DNA from: an uncultured Phycisphaerales bacterium
GTDB taxonomy: Bacteria; Planctomycetota; Phycisphaerae; Tepidisphaerales; Tepidisphaeraceae
Assembly (NCBI GenBank): GCA_963758525.1
Contig: CAVWVQ010000003.1
Coordinates: forward strand, 1,344,001 to 1,408,000
Length of the DNA: 64,000 nucleotides
Direction of reading: 5' to 3'
Part shown: in pieces, positions 12,201 to 20,642 of the stretch
Numbering within the stretch: the stretch's first letter is position 1
Layout of the letters: every line of letters begins with the position of its first letter
The notes under the pieces: generated by a model
The model's input: only the letters and a program-made list of their open reading frames with translations
Database searches by the model: none
What the model was told of the DNA's origin: nothing
Program-made: the position numbers and the translations under genes

Positions 12201-15200
12201 CGGGCGGATGCGCCGTTGGTGACTCGCCATTCGAAGATGAATGTGCGTCCGTTGCTGCCGATAGCGAATGCTCATTTAATGGAGCGACCGCCGCGGCGTC
12301 AGCGGGTTCCGTTTCGAGCAACTCCGCTTCTTCGAGCTTGTTTTCAGAATCGGGGACAGTTTCCTCATCGCCCAGCGCGGTGTCAGACCAGGTTGATGCC
12401 CCCGACGTTCCGCGACTGGCCGGCGGGGCCGTCTCCGGGCCGGAACGTTCGTCAAAAATCGAGAATTCGCCGCTCGGTCCAAAGGCTTCGGCGCGGGCGG
12501 CCGGTATCGAATCCTCGTGCTCCTGCGGCGGCCCAACAACATCCGCGGCGGGAGCCTCGGTCGGCACGGCGTGATCTTCTTCAGCGGCAAACAGATCGCG
12601 CTCCGGCTCCAGGAGCGCGGGCTCTTCTTTATCAAGCGCTTCAACGGGGGCCGTCTGGTCAATGACTGCAGGCGGAGGTTCGATCGCGGTCGGTGCGGCA
12701 AGGGTCCGCTCCTCAGCCGACGTTTCAGAATGCAATTCTTCGGCAATCAGGGCGTCAAAGTCAGTATCGATCGGCTGCGCGTCAACTTCAGCGAGATGGC
12801 CCAAGTCGAGTTCTTCTTCGGCTGCAACTGCATCCCCAACCACCTGCTCGCTGACACCCTCATCGCTCGCGCCAGCCTCCACGTTTGCCGCTTCGATCGG
12901 TGATTCAGTTGCTTCCGATGGCGCACCCGGGTGCAGTTCGGCGGCAATCAAATCGTCAAACGCGGCGTCTGCGGGCTGCGACTGGAAAGCAGTTTCAAGA
13001 TTTTCCTCAGCGGATCCCTCGCCGGCCGCGTCAGCCGGCAATGCGACATCGGCCGATGTCCCCGCGGGTCCCTCCATCGCCGGTCCAGGAATCTCCTGCG
13101 CAGCAGGCTCCTGAACTGCAAGCTCAGGAGCTTGGTGCGAGGCTTCGAGTTCAACGGAAGCATCGGTCGATGCTGAATCCGGTTGAGGATGCGCTGCGGC
13201 GACCAGATCGTCAGAATAGGCTTCGGCGGACGATGCCGCAGGTTCGACCGCGTCCGATTCGGTTTCCGCTTCCGGCGCAAGGTCAACACGCGTGGAAGAT
13301 TCGGCCGGCTCCTGGTCCGCAGGCTCAGGAGCCTGGTGCGAACTTTCAAGTTCAACCGAAGAAACGGCGAATTCTAATTCGGCTGCCGGATGTACTTCGC
13401 CGGCGACCAGATCGTCGGAATAAGCTTCCGCGGTCAGCGATGCGGGTTGGACTGCTTCGTCCGATTCGGCTTCCGTTTCTGCCGCAGGATCAACGCCCGC
13501 AATGCCAGCGTGTGCGGAAGACTCCACCGGCTCTTGCGGCAGCGGTTCGGCAGTGTCGTGAGATGCGTCAAGTTCAATCGGCGCAGCGGCCGATTCTGAC
13601 ACCGCTTCCGGATGCAAGTCGGCGGCGATCGAATCGTCGAAATGAACTTCATTCGGCGGCGGAGCGAGTTCGAGCGTATCGCGAGACTCGGCTTCGCTTG
13701 CAGCCGGAATTTCGGCATGCGTGGCGCGTTCGGCCTGTTCTTCGGCGAGCGATTCATGGACGTCGGAAGACGCTGCGACGTTGACATCGGAATCAACCGA
13801 TTCCGATGCCGCTTCGGGATGCAAATCCGCGGCGATCAGATCGTCAAAATCAACTTCCGCGGACGACGCCGCGACTTCCAATGGAGCGTGCGAGTCGGAT
13901 TCCGTTTCAAGCGGAACTCCAACGTGCGCGGAAGACTCGGACGGTGCTTCGACTACCAGTTCTGCAGCTTCGCCCGGCGCTCCGAGCCCAAGCGGAGAAG
14001 CGGCTGATTCTGACGCCGCGTCGGAATGCACTTCGTCGGCAATCAGACTCTCGGCATCGACTTCGGCGGACGATGCCGCAACTTCCAACGGAGCGTGCGA
14101 GTCGGCTTCCGTTTCAAGCGGAACCTCAACGTGCTCGGAGGACTCGAACGGAGCTTCGGCCACCAGTTCTGGAGCGTCGCCGGGCGCTTCGAGCCCAAGC
14201 GGAGAAGCGGCTGATTCTGACTCCGGCTCGGGATGCGATTCGTCGGCAATCAGACCGTCAGAATTGACTTCCGCTGACGGCACCGCAATTTCCAACGGAG
14301 CGTGCGAGTCGGCTTCCGCTTCAAGCGGAACCTCAGCTTGCGCGGAGGAGTCGGCCGGCGCTTCGACTGCCAGTTCGGCAACTTCGTCGGGCGCTTCAAG
14401 CTCAATCGGAGAAGCGGCTGATTCCGACGCCGCTTCGGAATGCAAGCCGACGACCAAATCTTCAGAACCGACTTCCGCTGACGGCACTGCGATTTCAAAC
14501 GGAGTGTGCGAGTCGGCTTCCGTTTCAAGCGGAGCCTCAACATGCGCGGAGGACTCGGCCGGCGCTTCCGCTTGCGGCTCGGCAGCTTCGCCGGGCGATT
14601 CGAGCTCAATCGGAGAAGCGGCTGATTCCCGGGCCGTTTCGAGATGAATTTCGTCGGCGATCTGACCTTCAGCATTGGCTTCCGCTGACGGCGCCGCAAC
14701 TTCCAACGGAGCGTGCGCGTCGGCTTCCGCTTCAAGCGGAACCTCAGCGTGCGCGGAGGACTCGGCCGGCCCTTCCGCTACCAGCTCGGCAGCTTCGCCC
14801 GGAGATTCGAGCTCTAGCGGAGAAGCGACCGATTCAAACGCCGTTTCGAGATGAAGGTCGTCGGCAATCAGATTGTCAAAATCGACTTCCGCGGACGATG
14901 CCGCAACTTCCAACGAAGCGTGCGCGCCGGCTTCCGTTTCAAGCGGAACCTCAACGTGCGCGGAGAACTCGGCCGGCGCTTCCGCTACCAGCTCGGCAGC
15001 TTCGCCCGGAGATTCGAGCTCTAGCGGAGAAGCGACCGATTCAGACGCCGTTTCGAGATGAAGGTCGTCGGCGATCAGATGGTCGAAATCGACTTCCGCG
15101 GACGATGCCGCGACTTCCAGTGGAGCGTGCGAGTCGGATTCCACTTCAAGCGGAGCATCAGCGTGCGCGGAAGACTCGGCCGGCGCGTCCGTTACCGGTT

Positions 15201-16830
15201 CGGCAACGTCGCCGGGCGATTCGATTTCAATCGGAAAGGCGGCGAATTCCGACGCCGCTTCGGGGTGCAGATCGGCGGCGATGAGATCGTCAAAATGCAC
15301 TTCCTCTGACGGCGGAGCGAATTCGAGCGCTTCGTGCGGCGCAGCTTCAGTTTCAGCCGGAGTTTCGACGTGCGCCAGGTGTTCGGCCGGTGGTTCAGCG
15401 AGCGGCGAATGGACCTCGGAAGCGGCCGCAGCGATTGCGTCAGGATCAAACGAATCGGATGCAGCTTCGGGATGCAATTCATCGGCAATCAGATCGTCGA
15501 AATCGACTTCCGCCGACTGCGGCTCCAGCTCGATTGGAAGCAATGACTCCCCTTCGACCGGGGCGGCGAAGTCGCCCGTCGAACTGATCGTCGGCGAAAA
15601 GCTTTCGTCGCTAACATGAGATGCGTCGAAGGCGACCGTGCCCGAAACATCGGCTCCTTCGGGAACTGCGATGTCCGACGGCTCGGGGACCAGTTCGTCA
15701 GTCGCGCAGGCAAGATGCGAAACTTCCAGCGGCGGCTCAGCATCCCCCACGGGAATCGCCAGGGGAATGTCGTCGTCGGAAACATCGGCCGGCTCCAGCT
15801 CGGCTTCCGCGGGGAGCGGCTCGAGTGAGCCGCCGTCAAGCTCCGCCTCGCTGGCAAAGTGCTGCGGCAACTCCGGCTCCGACGGCTCCAGGGGGATCGG
15901 CACTGCCGCGGCTGGCTGAATTCTGGTCGTCCTCGGCGGCATCGAAACCGGCGCGGACGGCGCAAGATCGTATTCCTCGGGCTCCGCGGGGCGCTCGATC
16001 CGGGCCGGCGGGGCCGCCGCCGGGCTGTTCGCGGCAGCGGCGACGAGCCTGGAGGGGTTTGCTTTGACCGGCTCGGGCTCGAAGTCCTCGGTTTCCAGCG
16101 GCTCCAATTGCCGATGAACCGAATCGTCGCTCGCGAGTTTCGCGGTGCCGACCAGGTCTTCCAATTCGTCGATATGCGCGCTGGCCGAAACCGCCGCCAC
16201 GTAGCGCATTTGGGTGTCGCCGATGCGAATGTCATCGTCGAACTCGATCTGCACCTGGTGGATCTGGCGATCGTTGACGAACGTTCCGGTGCGCGAGTGA
16301 AGGTCGCGGATCCAGTGAGCGCCATTCTGTTCGAAGATCAGGGCATGGCAATTGGAGACAGCGGCTTCAACCAGATGAATATCGCAGCCTGCGCGTCTGC
16401 CGATGAGAATGCTCCGCCCCTCGATGGGGATGGGAATTCGCTCGCCGTCAACCGAAACGCTGGCGTCGGGGGCTGCCTTTGGGACCGAAAGCGATTTTCC
16501 TCCGCGATTGCGAAACAGGAAGGTGAAGGCGCCGATTGCCACATAATCGCCGTCGGTCAGCAGCGTTTCGGCCGTCTGCTTTCCATTGACCAATACGTGA
16601 GTTCGGCTGGCCAGGTCGCGGATGTAGACCCCGCCATCGGTCTGCACGATTGCGGCGTGAACCTTGCTGACGGTGGGAGAAACCAGGTTGAAGTGCGACT
16701 TGCTGGCCGCCCCGATGATCATGCAAGGGCGCGTGAGAGGGAGATTGGGCTTTCCCGCGTGCTTCCCCTGAGGGACCAGCGCTGGCACCCCCGCTGACGG
16801 GGAAGAAGCTGAGCTAGGGCGTGGAGCCAT
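6238..16830 (-). CDS. 3530-aa protein: two N-terminal FHA domains, very long acidic Ala/Glu/Pro-rich repeat region, TM, coiled coil, second TM
   Basis: FHA motifs (VSKVHA...RDLASRT; IGRR...VSNCHA...RDLHSRTGTFVN); uninterrupted 10.6-kb ORF; TM segments IVLPIILALALATAAGIWFFY and WILLSMLGYAMLTAGMLAAWGV. Confidence 0.85.
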   Translation of the reverse strand: MAPRPSSASSPSAGVPALVPQGKHAGKPNLPLTRPCMIIGAASKSHFNLVSPTVSKVHAAIVQTDGGVYIRDLASRTHVLVNGKQTAETLLTDGDYVAIGAFTFLFRNRGGKSLSVPKAAPDASVSVDGERIPIPIEGRSILIGRRAGCDIHLVEAAVSNCHALIFEQNGAHWIRDLHSRTGTFVNDRQIHQVQIEFDDDIRIGDTQMRYVAAVSASAHIDELEDLVGTAKLASDDSVHRQLEPLETEDFEPEPVKANPSRLVAAAANSPAAAPPARIERPAEPEEYDLAPSAPVSMPPRTTRIQPAAAVPIPLEPSEPELPQHFASEAELDGGSLEPLPAEAELEPADVSDDDIPLAIPVGDAEPPLEVSHLACATDELVPEPSDIAVPEGADVSGTVAFDASHVSDESFSPTISSTGDFAAPVEGESLLPIELEPQSAEVDFDDLIADELHPEAASDSFDPDAIAAAASEVHSPLAEPPAEHLAHVETPAETEAAPHEALEFAPPSEEVHFDDLIAADLHPEAASEFAAFPIEIESPGDVAEPVTDAPAESSAHADAPLEVESDSHAPLEVAASSAEVDFDHLIADDLHLETASESVASPLELESPGEAAELVAEAPAEFSAHVEVPLETEAGAHASLEVAASSAEVDFDNLIADDLHLETAFESVASPLELESPGEAAELVAEGPAESSAHAEVPLEAEADAHAPLEVAAPSAEANAEGQIADEIHLETARESAASPIELESPGEAAEPQAEAPAESSAHVEAPLETEADSHTPFEIAVPSAEVGSEDLVVGLHSEAASESAASPIELEAPDEVAELAVEAPADSSAQAEVPLEAEADSHAPLEIAVPSAEVNSDGLIADESHPEPESESAASPLGLEAPGDAPELVAEAPFESSEHVEVPLETEADSHAPLEVAASSAEVDAESLIADEVHSDAASESAASPLGLGAPGEAAELVVEAPSESSAHVGVPLETESDSHAPLEVAASSAEVDFDDLIAADLHPEAASESVDSDVNVAASSDVHESLAEEQAERATHAEIPAASEAESRDTLELAPPPNEVHFDDSIAADLHPEAVSESAAAPIELDASHDTAEPLPQEPVESSAHAGIAGVDPAAETEAESDEAVQPASLTAEAYSDDLVAGEVHPAAELEFAVSSVELESSHQAPEPADQEPAESSTRVDLAPEAETESDAVEPAASSAEAYSDDLVAAAHPQPDSASTDASVELEASHQAPELAVQEPAAQEIPGPAMEGPAGTSADVALPADAAGEGSAEENLETAFQSQPADAAFDDLIAAELHPGAPSEATESPIEAANVEAGASDEGVSEQVVGDAVAAEEELDLGHLAEVDAQPIDTDFDALIAEELHSETSAEERTLAAPTAIEPPPAVIDQTAPVEALDKEEPALLEPERDLFAAEEDHAVPTEAPAADVVGPPQEHEDSIPAARAEAFGPSGEFSIFDERSGPETAPPASRGTSGASTWSDTALGDEETVPDSENKLEEAELLETEPADAAAVAPLNEHSLSAATDAHSSSNGESPTAHPPADQTLVAPNNSDAPAAPPPIASPKPSFRDRFRALLGQKKPADATTPTDNSADPSSPTLASQTDSREAAIDVALPDRDATPASISAPHLLAASETAGAGPQSGEVIEPTDPTPESAQTLAAELPLAADSAGPSEVIESAAMTDSVFARAVDEFADQGPAPIVETAQPISDAEAEEILSGHPDAAGVPTVMTPDAPAAGAQADSLPHDNGSSSLPPVGDAAAVVKPTVVTKSADAAAFVKTIGPKRTGGRFGFWPFGRKRAGDAAPAMPSALASDANELESGVDMTPSAPFISVTRSNDDLTPADASTTHSESISANSDVGDFLEVIAPADMLDSSASHAEPNDSESEELEPINIELSEDASWNRPQGIDGLELEPHADNAAAVAISESSPVEMELDDLVQQELPVDEVISDYPADAPDLELSASAPLAQSDEPVLHVAAPALEFPPQTAYEYESSETLYPAVDLDAELTTHLAAAPMEELALSEPAPVVVESSASTFHSAEEPALSVSGTPPVVIEAAPGAFHSTEEIPLSTPADGSGPSEADSLLQARLAEVAQPTPLEHQAVPAAIEPDASAFHAHEEIPLSVPPVTGTEEGFAPAGQVSVALPPVDEMIFAALPAEKIEFASESVTSAEIVAEHSVVEPFALNDETDSGGAPSLGAKTVIDTLSSDDLPFLDLVATDAPALAVNEADLASVAAATREILADATPPPAPRPPKPVLPTPIVDDFELPPPPVDEEFAAQIALSAPTAAPAEPEFTALSDDSLLLASTEELPSSDLALGDLPADTWGTAPAGLSEDSLSLGDAFAREAPDDSLTLLPRPSQEESIFDQPRDDADFSLHAPDPASGPAEPVVAHVPIAADLPPENFDLAQTPPPAPVHLEPTCVTDALPEALEPPPEPSGDAAMLFEPSAGGDSPPDAPQAAAKPSAEESVLFEPPVVDIAAAAPLPPSAPGAVVDPFFGMGRDLGTFLGGMPLDLSRPAPPMTSLFAPPQLAVNPLVAAPEVAADIVVALPGDGDVANVNDESEESLGYHLSKMNADEPPQELFEATPDFLDALPDSMGHISDVVEVLGEHPHRPAHEPPAADPVPPEQSPQQLFSISDSGATPPSETAPRKPATHMPPRPRMGNRSLSASPFAFGSQPGADVAIPPFGGGSLASGQITTQFDGLTIPRPREVEVFGQAKAKGETFVPPSDPGRRGASMLTTLAASPPDAPAARVRSDAEIPRRPRGVGVPPLDRRGPLPPDSTPPAPAAAAAAPRRSGPSPQFDGLPPVPPPAPTNLHLRIVLPIILALALATAAGIWFFYHVSGTAEGRLRFNNLENLLPSDKRGFELAEQQLLRNADLRQFARQLFTSQNPGKEEGFLSTGSSAPAQVADNRTYDNLVSGAAFAPNTNQFVLTVNGRDPQTDARRLAALIGALYRENQRLADDSASARLAYLKSRDAVEAITAEINRLAPALQEEQFAGAELDSAQQTLAQNKAKSAALRQAWNDAAQKLHLAQAEVDRLDVAVPAPGSADAGAPAHAVNADADPQVKELSTQLAAATQSLTETRVTHSTAADKANKALDQALADFRSRIDQAQGSLKDGSQLSAYLIAAQQAQDTIRQLNADLVERQKAEQQRLADLRRVLAEKQETRLKAVWAADTQLQEMEQDLSVAEHRYNAAVGSGLDADAAALKSEAESIKNKMDARRDLIGTGDIYADEVKSMQQFIDDNLKEMEKERVQTDSRMGEMLKALSAAAPQVEKLPADQQALEESLKKQLDEINSARQAQAQAVAAADPQADAAARKLEGSITELQAKIDARRKQLAEDSHKQLTAQQAQDRAAALEKAKAALTAAQMEEADALASVRTNTEQTDAAYSAVEGLRAKAANLTADTARLSELQAQLPDQKSKSEALLAAWQRIPVPEAPGPDSASATLVDDPRLQWILLSMLGYAMLTAGMLAAWGVSHRRHHLLLTQPGEPSNADEGFALSDHADTLEPRGAAATHGSDES
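12900..15520 (-). repeat. Intragenic ~207-bp (69-aa) tandem repeat, 7 well-conserved units plus degenerate flanking units
   Basis: GTGCG(A/C)G anchor at 13888, 14095, 14302, 14506, 14713, 14920, 15127 (spacing 207, once 204). Confidence 0.9.
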
Positions 16831-16890
16831 TAAGAAAACCTGCCGGCAATTCGCATCTGGGCAAAGAATTAAACGTGTTCAAGCCAAAAG

Positions 16891-16914
16891 AGTTCGCTGC
16901 AATTGCAGCGAACT
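16891..16914. promoter_or_regulatory. Perfect 24-bp palindrome, candidate operator upstream of the giant FHA gene
   Basis: AGTTCGCTGCAATTGCAGCGAACT equals its own reverse complement. Confidence 0.55.
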
Positions 16915-17226
16915 TTCACCTTCAAGACCGTGAACAGTCAGCACACGGCTCGGGCGGCATGCCGCCTCCCTTATATCAGCATATGCAGTTTATCAGAATG
17001 AACGACCCGAGCGAAACAAAAATGATCGTCGTTTGGCACGGAGTTTATGGGACGAGTCCGGTCCCGGGGCGGAAACTGCGCTTTTTGAAGAACTTGCGTG
17101 GTCTCCGTTGGGGTCCGACAAAGTGGCGGGAACGACTCGGGTCGGGGTTCCTTCATTTCCGCTGCGGCACCGGCCGCGCCTCGCAAGCAAGGCGGCTAAA
17201 GAATAAGGAAGGGTAAACGTCCCGGA

Positions 17227-18791
17227 TCAGTGCTTGAAATGGCGTTGTCCGGTCAGCACCAGAGCCGCCCCATTGCGATTCAGCAAGTCGATCGTCTCCT
17301 GATCTTTCAGGGAACCGCCGGGATGGATGACGGCCGTCACTCCAGCGTCCAGCAGAATCTGCGGGCCATCGGGAAAGGGAAAGAACGCATCAGACGCGGC
17401 GACCGCGCCCTGGCGCGAGGCCCCGCTTTTACCACGGCAAGGCGGGCGGCCGACGGTCGATCCATCTGGCCCGCGCCGGCGCCGAGCAGCATCTTGTCCC
17501 CCGCGACCACGATGGCGTTGCTCTTGACGTGTTTGCAAACCAGCCAGGCGAAACGCAGGTCGCTCATCTCTTTCTCCGTCGGCTTACGTTCTGACGCGAC
17601 CATCCACGAGGATTCGTCGAGTCCGAGCGTGTCGCGCTGCTGCATGAGATATCCGCCGACGATCTTGTGCATGTGCAGTTCCTCGGGGTCGCAGGTTCCC
17701 AGCGGGCCGACCTCGAGCAGCCGAACGTTTTTCCATCGTGCCCGGAGCTGATCGAGCGCTTCCTGCTCGAACGACGGGGCGACGATGACTTCGAGCAACT
17801 TGTTGATGGCCGTGATCGCGTCGGCAGCGGCCAGATCGACCGGTCGGTTGAGCGCGACGATTCCGCCAAAGGCGGCCAGCGGGTCGCCCTCATATGCGCG
17901 GCGGAAGGCGTCGGCCAGCGTATCCGCACTCGCGCAGCCGCAGGGCGTCGCGTGTTTGACGATGCACGCGGCGGGCGCGGAAAACTCCTTCACGACGTTC
18001 AGCGCGCCGTCGGCGTCCAGCAGGTTGATATACGAGAGATCCTTGCCATGAAGCTGCCGGGCGAACGCGACGGACGCCTCGGTCGGTTTCTTGCCGACAA
18101 GGAGGGTTGCCTTCTGGTGCGGATTTTCGCCGTAACGGAGATCGAGGGTCTTGTGCAGATTCAACACGATTCCGCTGCTGTCCATCCCAGCGGAGCTGGC
18201 CAGGAAATTCGCGATCAGCGAGTCATATTCGGCCGTGTGCGCGAATGCGTCGCGCGCCTGGCGGAGGCGCTGCCGGCCGGACGACGCGCCGCGGTGAGCG
18301 CGCAGATCTTCCAGAATCCGTTCGTATCGAACCGGATCAGTGACCACCGTGACAAAGCGATGATTTTTCGCGGCAGAGCGGATCATGCTCGGGCCGCCGA
18401 TGTCAATGTTCTCGATCGCTTCGTCGAAGGTGACGTCAGCTTTGCGGACGGTCTGCTCAAACGGATAGAGGTTGATGCAAACCAGATCGATGGGGCGGAT
18501 GCCATGCCGCTCCATCGCGGCAACGTGATCCGGGTGATCGCGCAGCGCCAAAAGTCCGCCGTGGATGGCTGGATGAAGCGTTTTCACGCGGCCGTCCATC
18601 ATTTCGGGAAAACCGGTGACCTCCGCGACATCAGTCACCGGCAATTCGTGCTCGCGAAGAAATCTGGCAGTGCCGCCGGTGCTGATGAGTTCAACGGCAA
18701 ACTCGCGATGCAGCGCCGTCGCGAATCCGGCAAGGCCGGTTTTGTCGGAAACAGAGAGCAGCGCCCGCCTGACGGGAACGAGTTCGGTCAT
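17227..18791 (-). CDS. purH: Bifunctional AICAR transformylase/IMP cyclohydrolase (one frameshift near 17410)
   Basis: [46 protein letters not shown]-terminus ASDAFFPF...RHFKH in the adjacent frame. Confidence 0.97.
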
Positions 18792-19005
18792 GGGGGCAGA
18801 TTAGAGCGGGTTTGCGAATGAATTTCACGCGCCGGGGGGTGTGGTGTTTTCCAGCGGCATCAGCCGCGTGGCACCGTTCGCATTCCTCGACCCCGACCGC
18901 CATTGTCTTCGATTGCATGATCTATTTCCCTCTTTTGTGCCACAACCCATTGAGATCTTCGCGCGCTGCGCAAATTTTCCCGGGCAGGGGATCAGCCAAA
19001 AGATC

Positions 19006-19163
19006 AAGAGCCGCGAAGACGCGAAGACGCGAAGACAAACGCGAAGGAAGACAATTCAATTGCACCTGAAACCCCAAGGCACAATTCCCTGGGCTTCGAT
19101 CCCGCATTTTTGATTTTCTTACCTTCGCGTCTCTCTTCGCGTCTTCGCGTCTTCGCGGCTCTT
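19006..19163. repeat. Palindromic ~155-bp element, copy 2
   Basis: Same arms and largely the same spacer (gaagacaattcaattgc...) as 1066-1217. Confidence 0.9.
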
Positions 19164-19244
19164 CGTTTTGGTTGCGGCCGAGCGAAGCGAGGCAGCGCTG
19201 GGTTTTGGTGTTGTTTGCGGCCATTCACTCATTGAATTCAGGAG

Positions 19245-19304
19245 CGAGGCCAGCGTCGGACCGAATCCCAAATACTTGCGGCGATACAACGACAACGCCC
19301 GGTC
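19245..19304 (-). mobile_element. Very short ISNCY/IS1202-like transposase remnant
   Basis: Minus-strand peptide DRALSLYRRKYLGFGPTLAS resembles the Y..FGPTLA.EKL motif of that group. Confidence 0.45.
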
Positions 19305-19827
19305 GGGCGGCGTTGGCGTCGCAAGCGTGCAACTCGGCGCCGCTTGCGGACACACCATCGTCGCGCTCTCGCGCAGCGCCGAAAAGCAGGAACAGCTCAA
19401 GCGGATTGGCGGCATGGCGGTGTTCAATCCGACCGACCCGCAATGGGGAAAGGAACTCCCGGGCTTTCTGAAGGATCGCCGGGTCGATCTGGCGATCGAC
19501 AACATCGGCGGCGCATTGCTCCCGCAAATGATCGATACGCTCGGCCATCATGGCCGGGTGAGCATCGTCGGCCGGCTCGCCGGGCCCGTGCCGCAGTTCA
19601 ACAGCGCCGCGCTGATTTTCCGCCGACTTCGCTTGGGCGGCGTCGCGGTCGGCGCATATGGCCCAGTCGATGGGCAGGCCGCCTGGAAGCAGATTGTCGA
19701 AACCCTCGCCAAGCGCGATGATCGCCCGCTGATCGATCATGTTTTCCCATTCGATCAGCTTCCCGCCGCGTTTGAGCGATTGGCCAAGGGACCGATGGGG
19801 AAAGTTCTGCTGGCCGGGCCGCAATGA
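19303..19827 (+). pseudogene. 5'-truncated MDR (zinc-binding dehydrogenase/quinone reductase) gene
   Basis: Begins at SGGVGVASVQL (Rossmann glycine motif), ends GPMGKVLL; the N-terminal GroES-like half is absent. Confidence 0.8.
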
Positions 19828-20513
19828 AGAGCAAGAAACCTCCGCTGCGGCTCCAACCCACGACGCTGTGGGAGTATCCCTCGCAGCACTATGGCCAGGG
19901 CACGCAGGGCGATCCCAATTATCGCGGTGCCACACCAAGCTATATTGTCTGGAACCTGCTGGAGCACTACACCAAGCCCAAAGACCTAGTGATCGACCCC
20001 TGCGCCGGCAGCGGCACCACGCTCGACGTCGCCCGCGAGCTGGGTCGGCGCGCGCTTGGCTACGACATTGCGCCCTCCAGAAAAGACATCTTCCGCGTCG
20101 ATGCCCGCAATCTCCCGCTGGAAAACGAAAAGGCTGACTTTGTCTTCATCGATCCTCCGTACTCGACGCACATTGAATACAGCGACGATCCACGGTGCAT
20201 CGGAAAGTTGGATGCTGCTGGCGGGGAGTATTACCGCGCAATGGAACAGGTGCTCTCGGAAATCCATCGCGTGCTTCGCAAGGATCGGCACATGGCGCTG
20301 TATGTCAGCGACTCTTTTGTGAAAGGGAAAGGTTTCTATGCCATCGGCTTTGAGCTTTTTGCGCGGATGCAAAAGCTCTTCGAGCCCGTCGACATCATCG
20401 CGGTCACGCGCCATAACAAAACGCTGGAAATGGGGAACTACCGCAAAGCCGCGGAGGAGGGGAACTTTTTTCTTCGCGGGTTTAATTATTTGTTCATCAT
20501 GTGCAAGACGTGA
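19824..20513 (+). CDS. SAM-dependent amino-methyltransferase (N4-C/N6-A DNA MTase or TRM11-like), solitary
   Basis: DPCAGSGTT motif I followed by DPPY motif IV. Confidence 0.85.
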   Translation: MKSKKPPLRLQPTTLWEYPSQHYGQGTQGDPNYRGATPSYIVWNLLEHYTKPKDLVIDPCAGSGTTLDVARELGRRALGYDIAPSRKDIFRVDARNLPLENEKADFVFIDPPYSTHIEYSDDPRCIGKLDAAGGEYYRAMEQVLSEIHRVLRKDRHMALYVSDSFVKGKGFYAIGFELFARMQKLFEPVDIIAVTRHNKTLEMGNYRKAAEEGNFFLRGFNYLFIMCKT

Positions 20514-20524
20514 TCCGGAAAGAG

Positions 20525-20612
20525 AATTTAACCACGGATTACACTGATGGCACGGATAAGAAGGAATTTATTGCATTTCATCCGTGTAATCCGTGTAATC
20601 CGTGGTTAAATT
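20525..20612. repeat. Inverted repeat built from 9-bp ATCCGTGTA units
   Basis: AATTTAACCACGGATTACAC...GTGTAATCCGTGGTTAAATT perfect 20-bp arms. Confidence 0.85.
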
Positions 20613-20642
20613 TTTTTCAAGTGATCGCATTGGAGGTATCGG

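Noticed and set aside
12900..15520. Regular repeats as a CRISPR array
   Set aside because: The 207-bp units are coding, in frame and lack unique spacers; no cas genes
18792..19005. ZMP/ZTP (pfl) riboswitch upstream of purH
   Set aside because: Conserved pfl elements not found; the start looks leaderless
19824..20513. Restriction-modification system
   Set aside because: No endonuclease or specificity gene adjacent; the substrate could also be RNA
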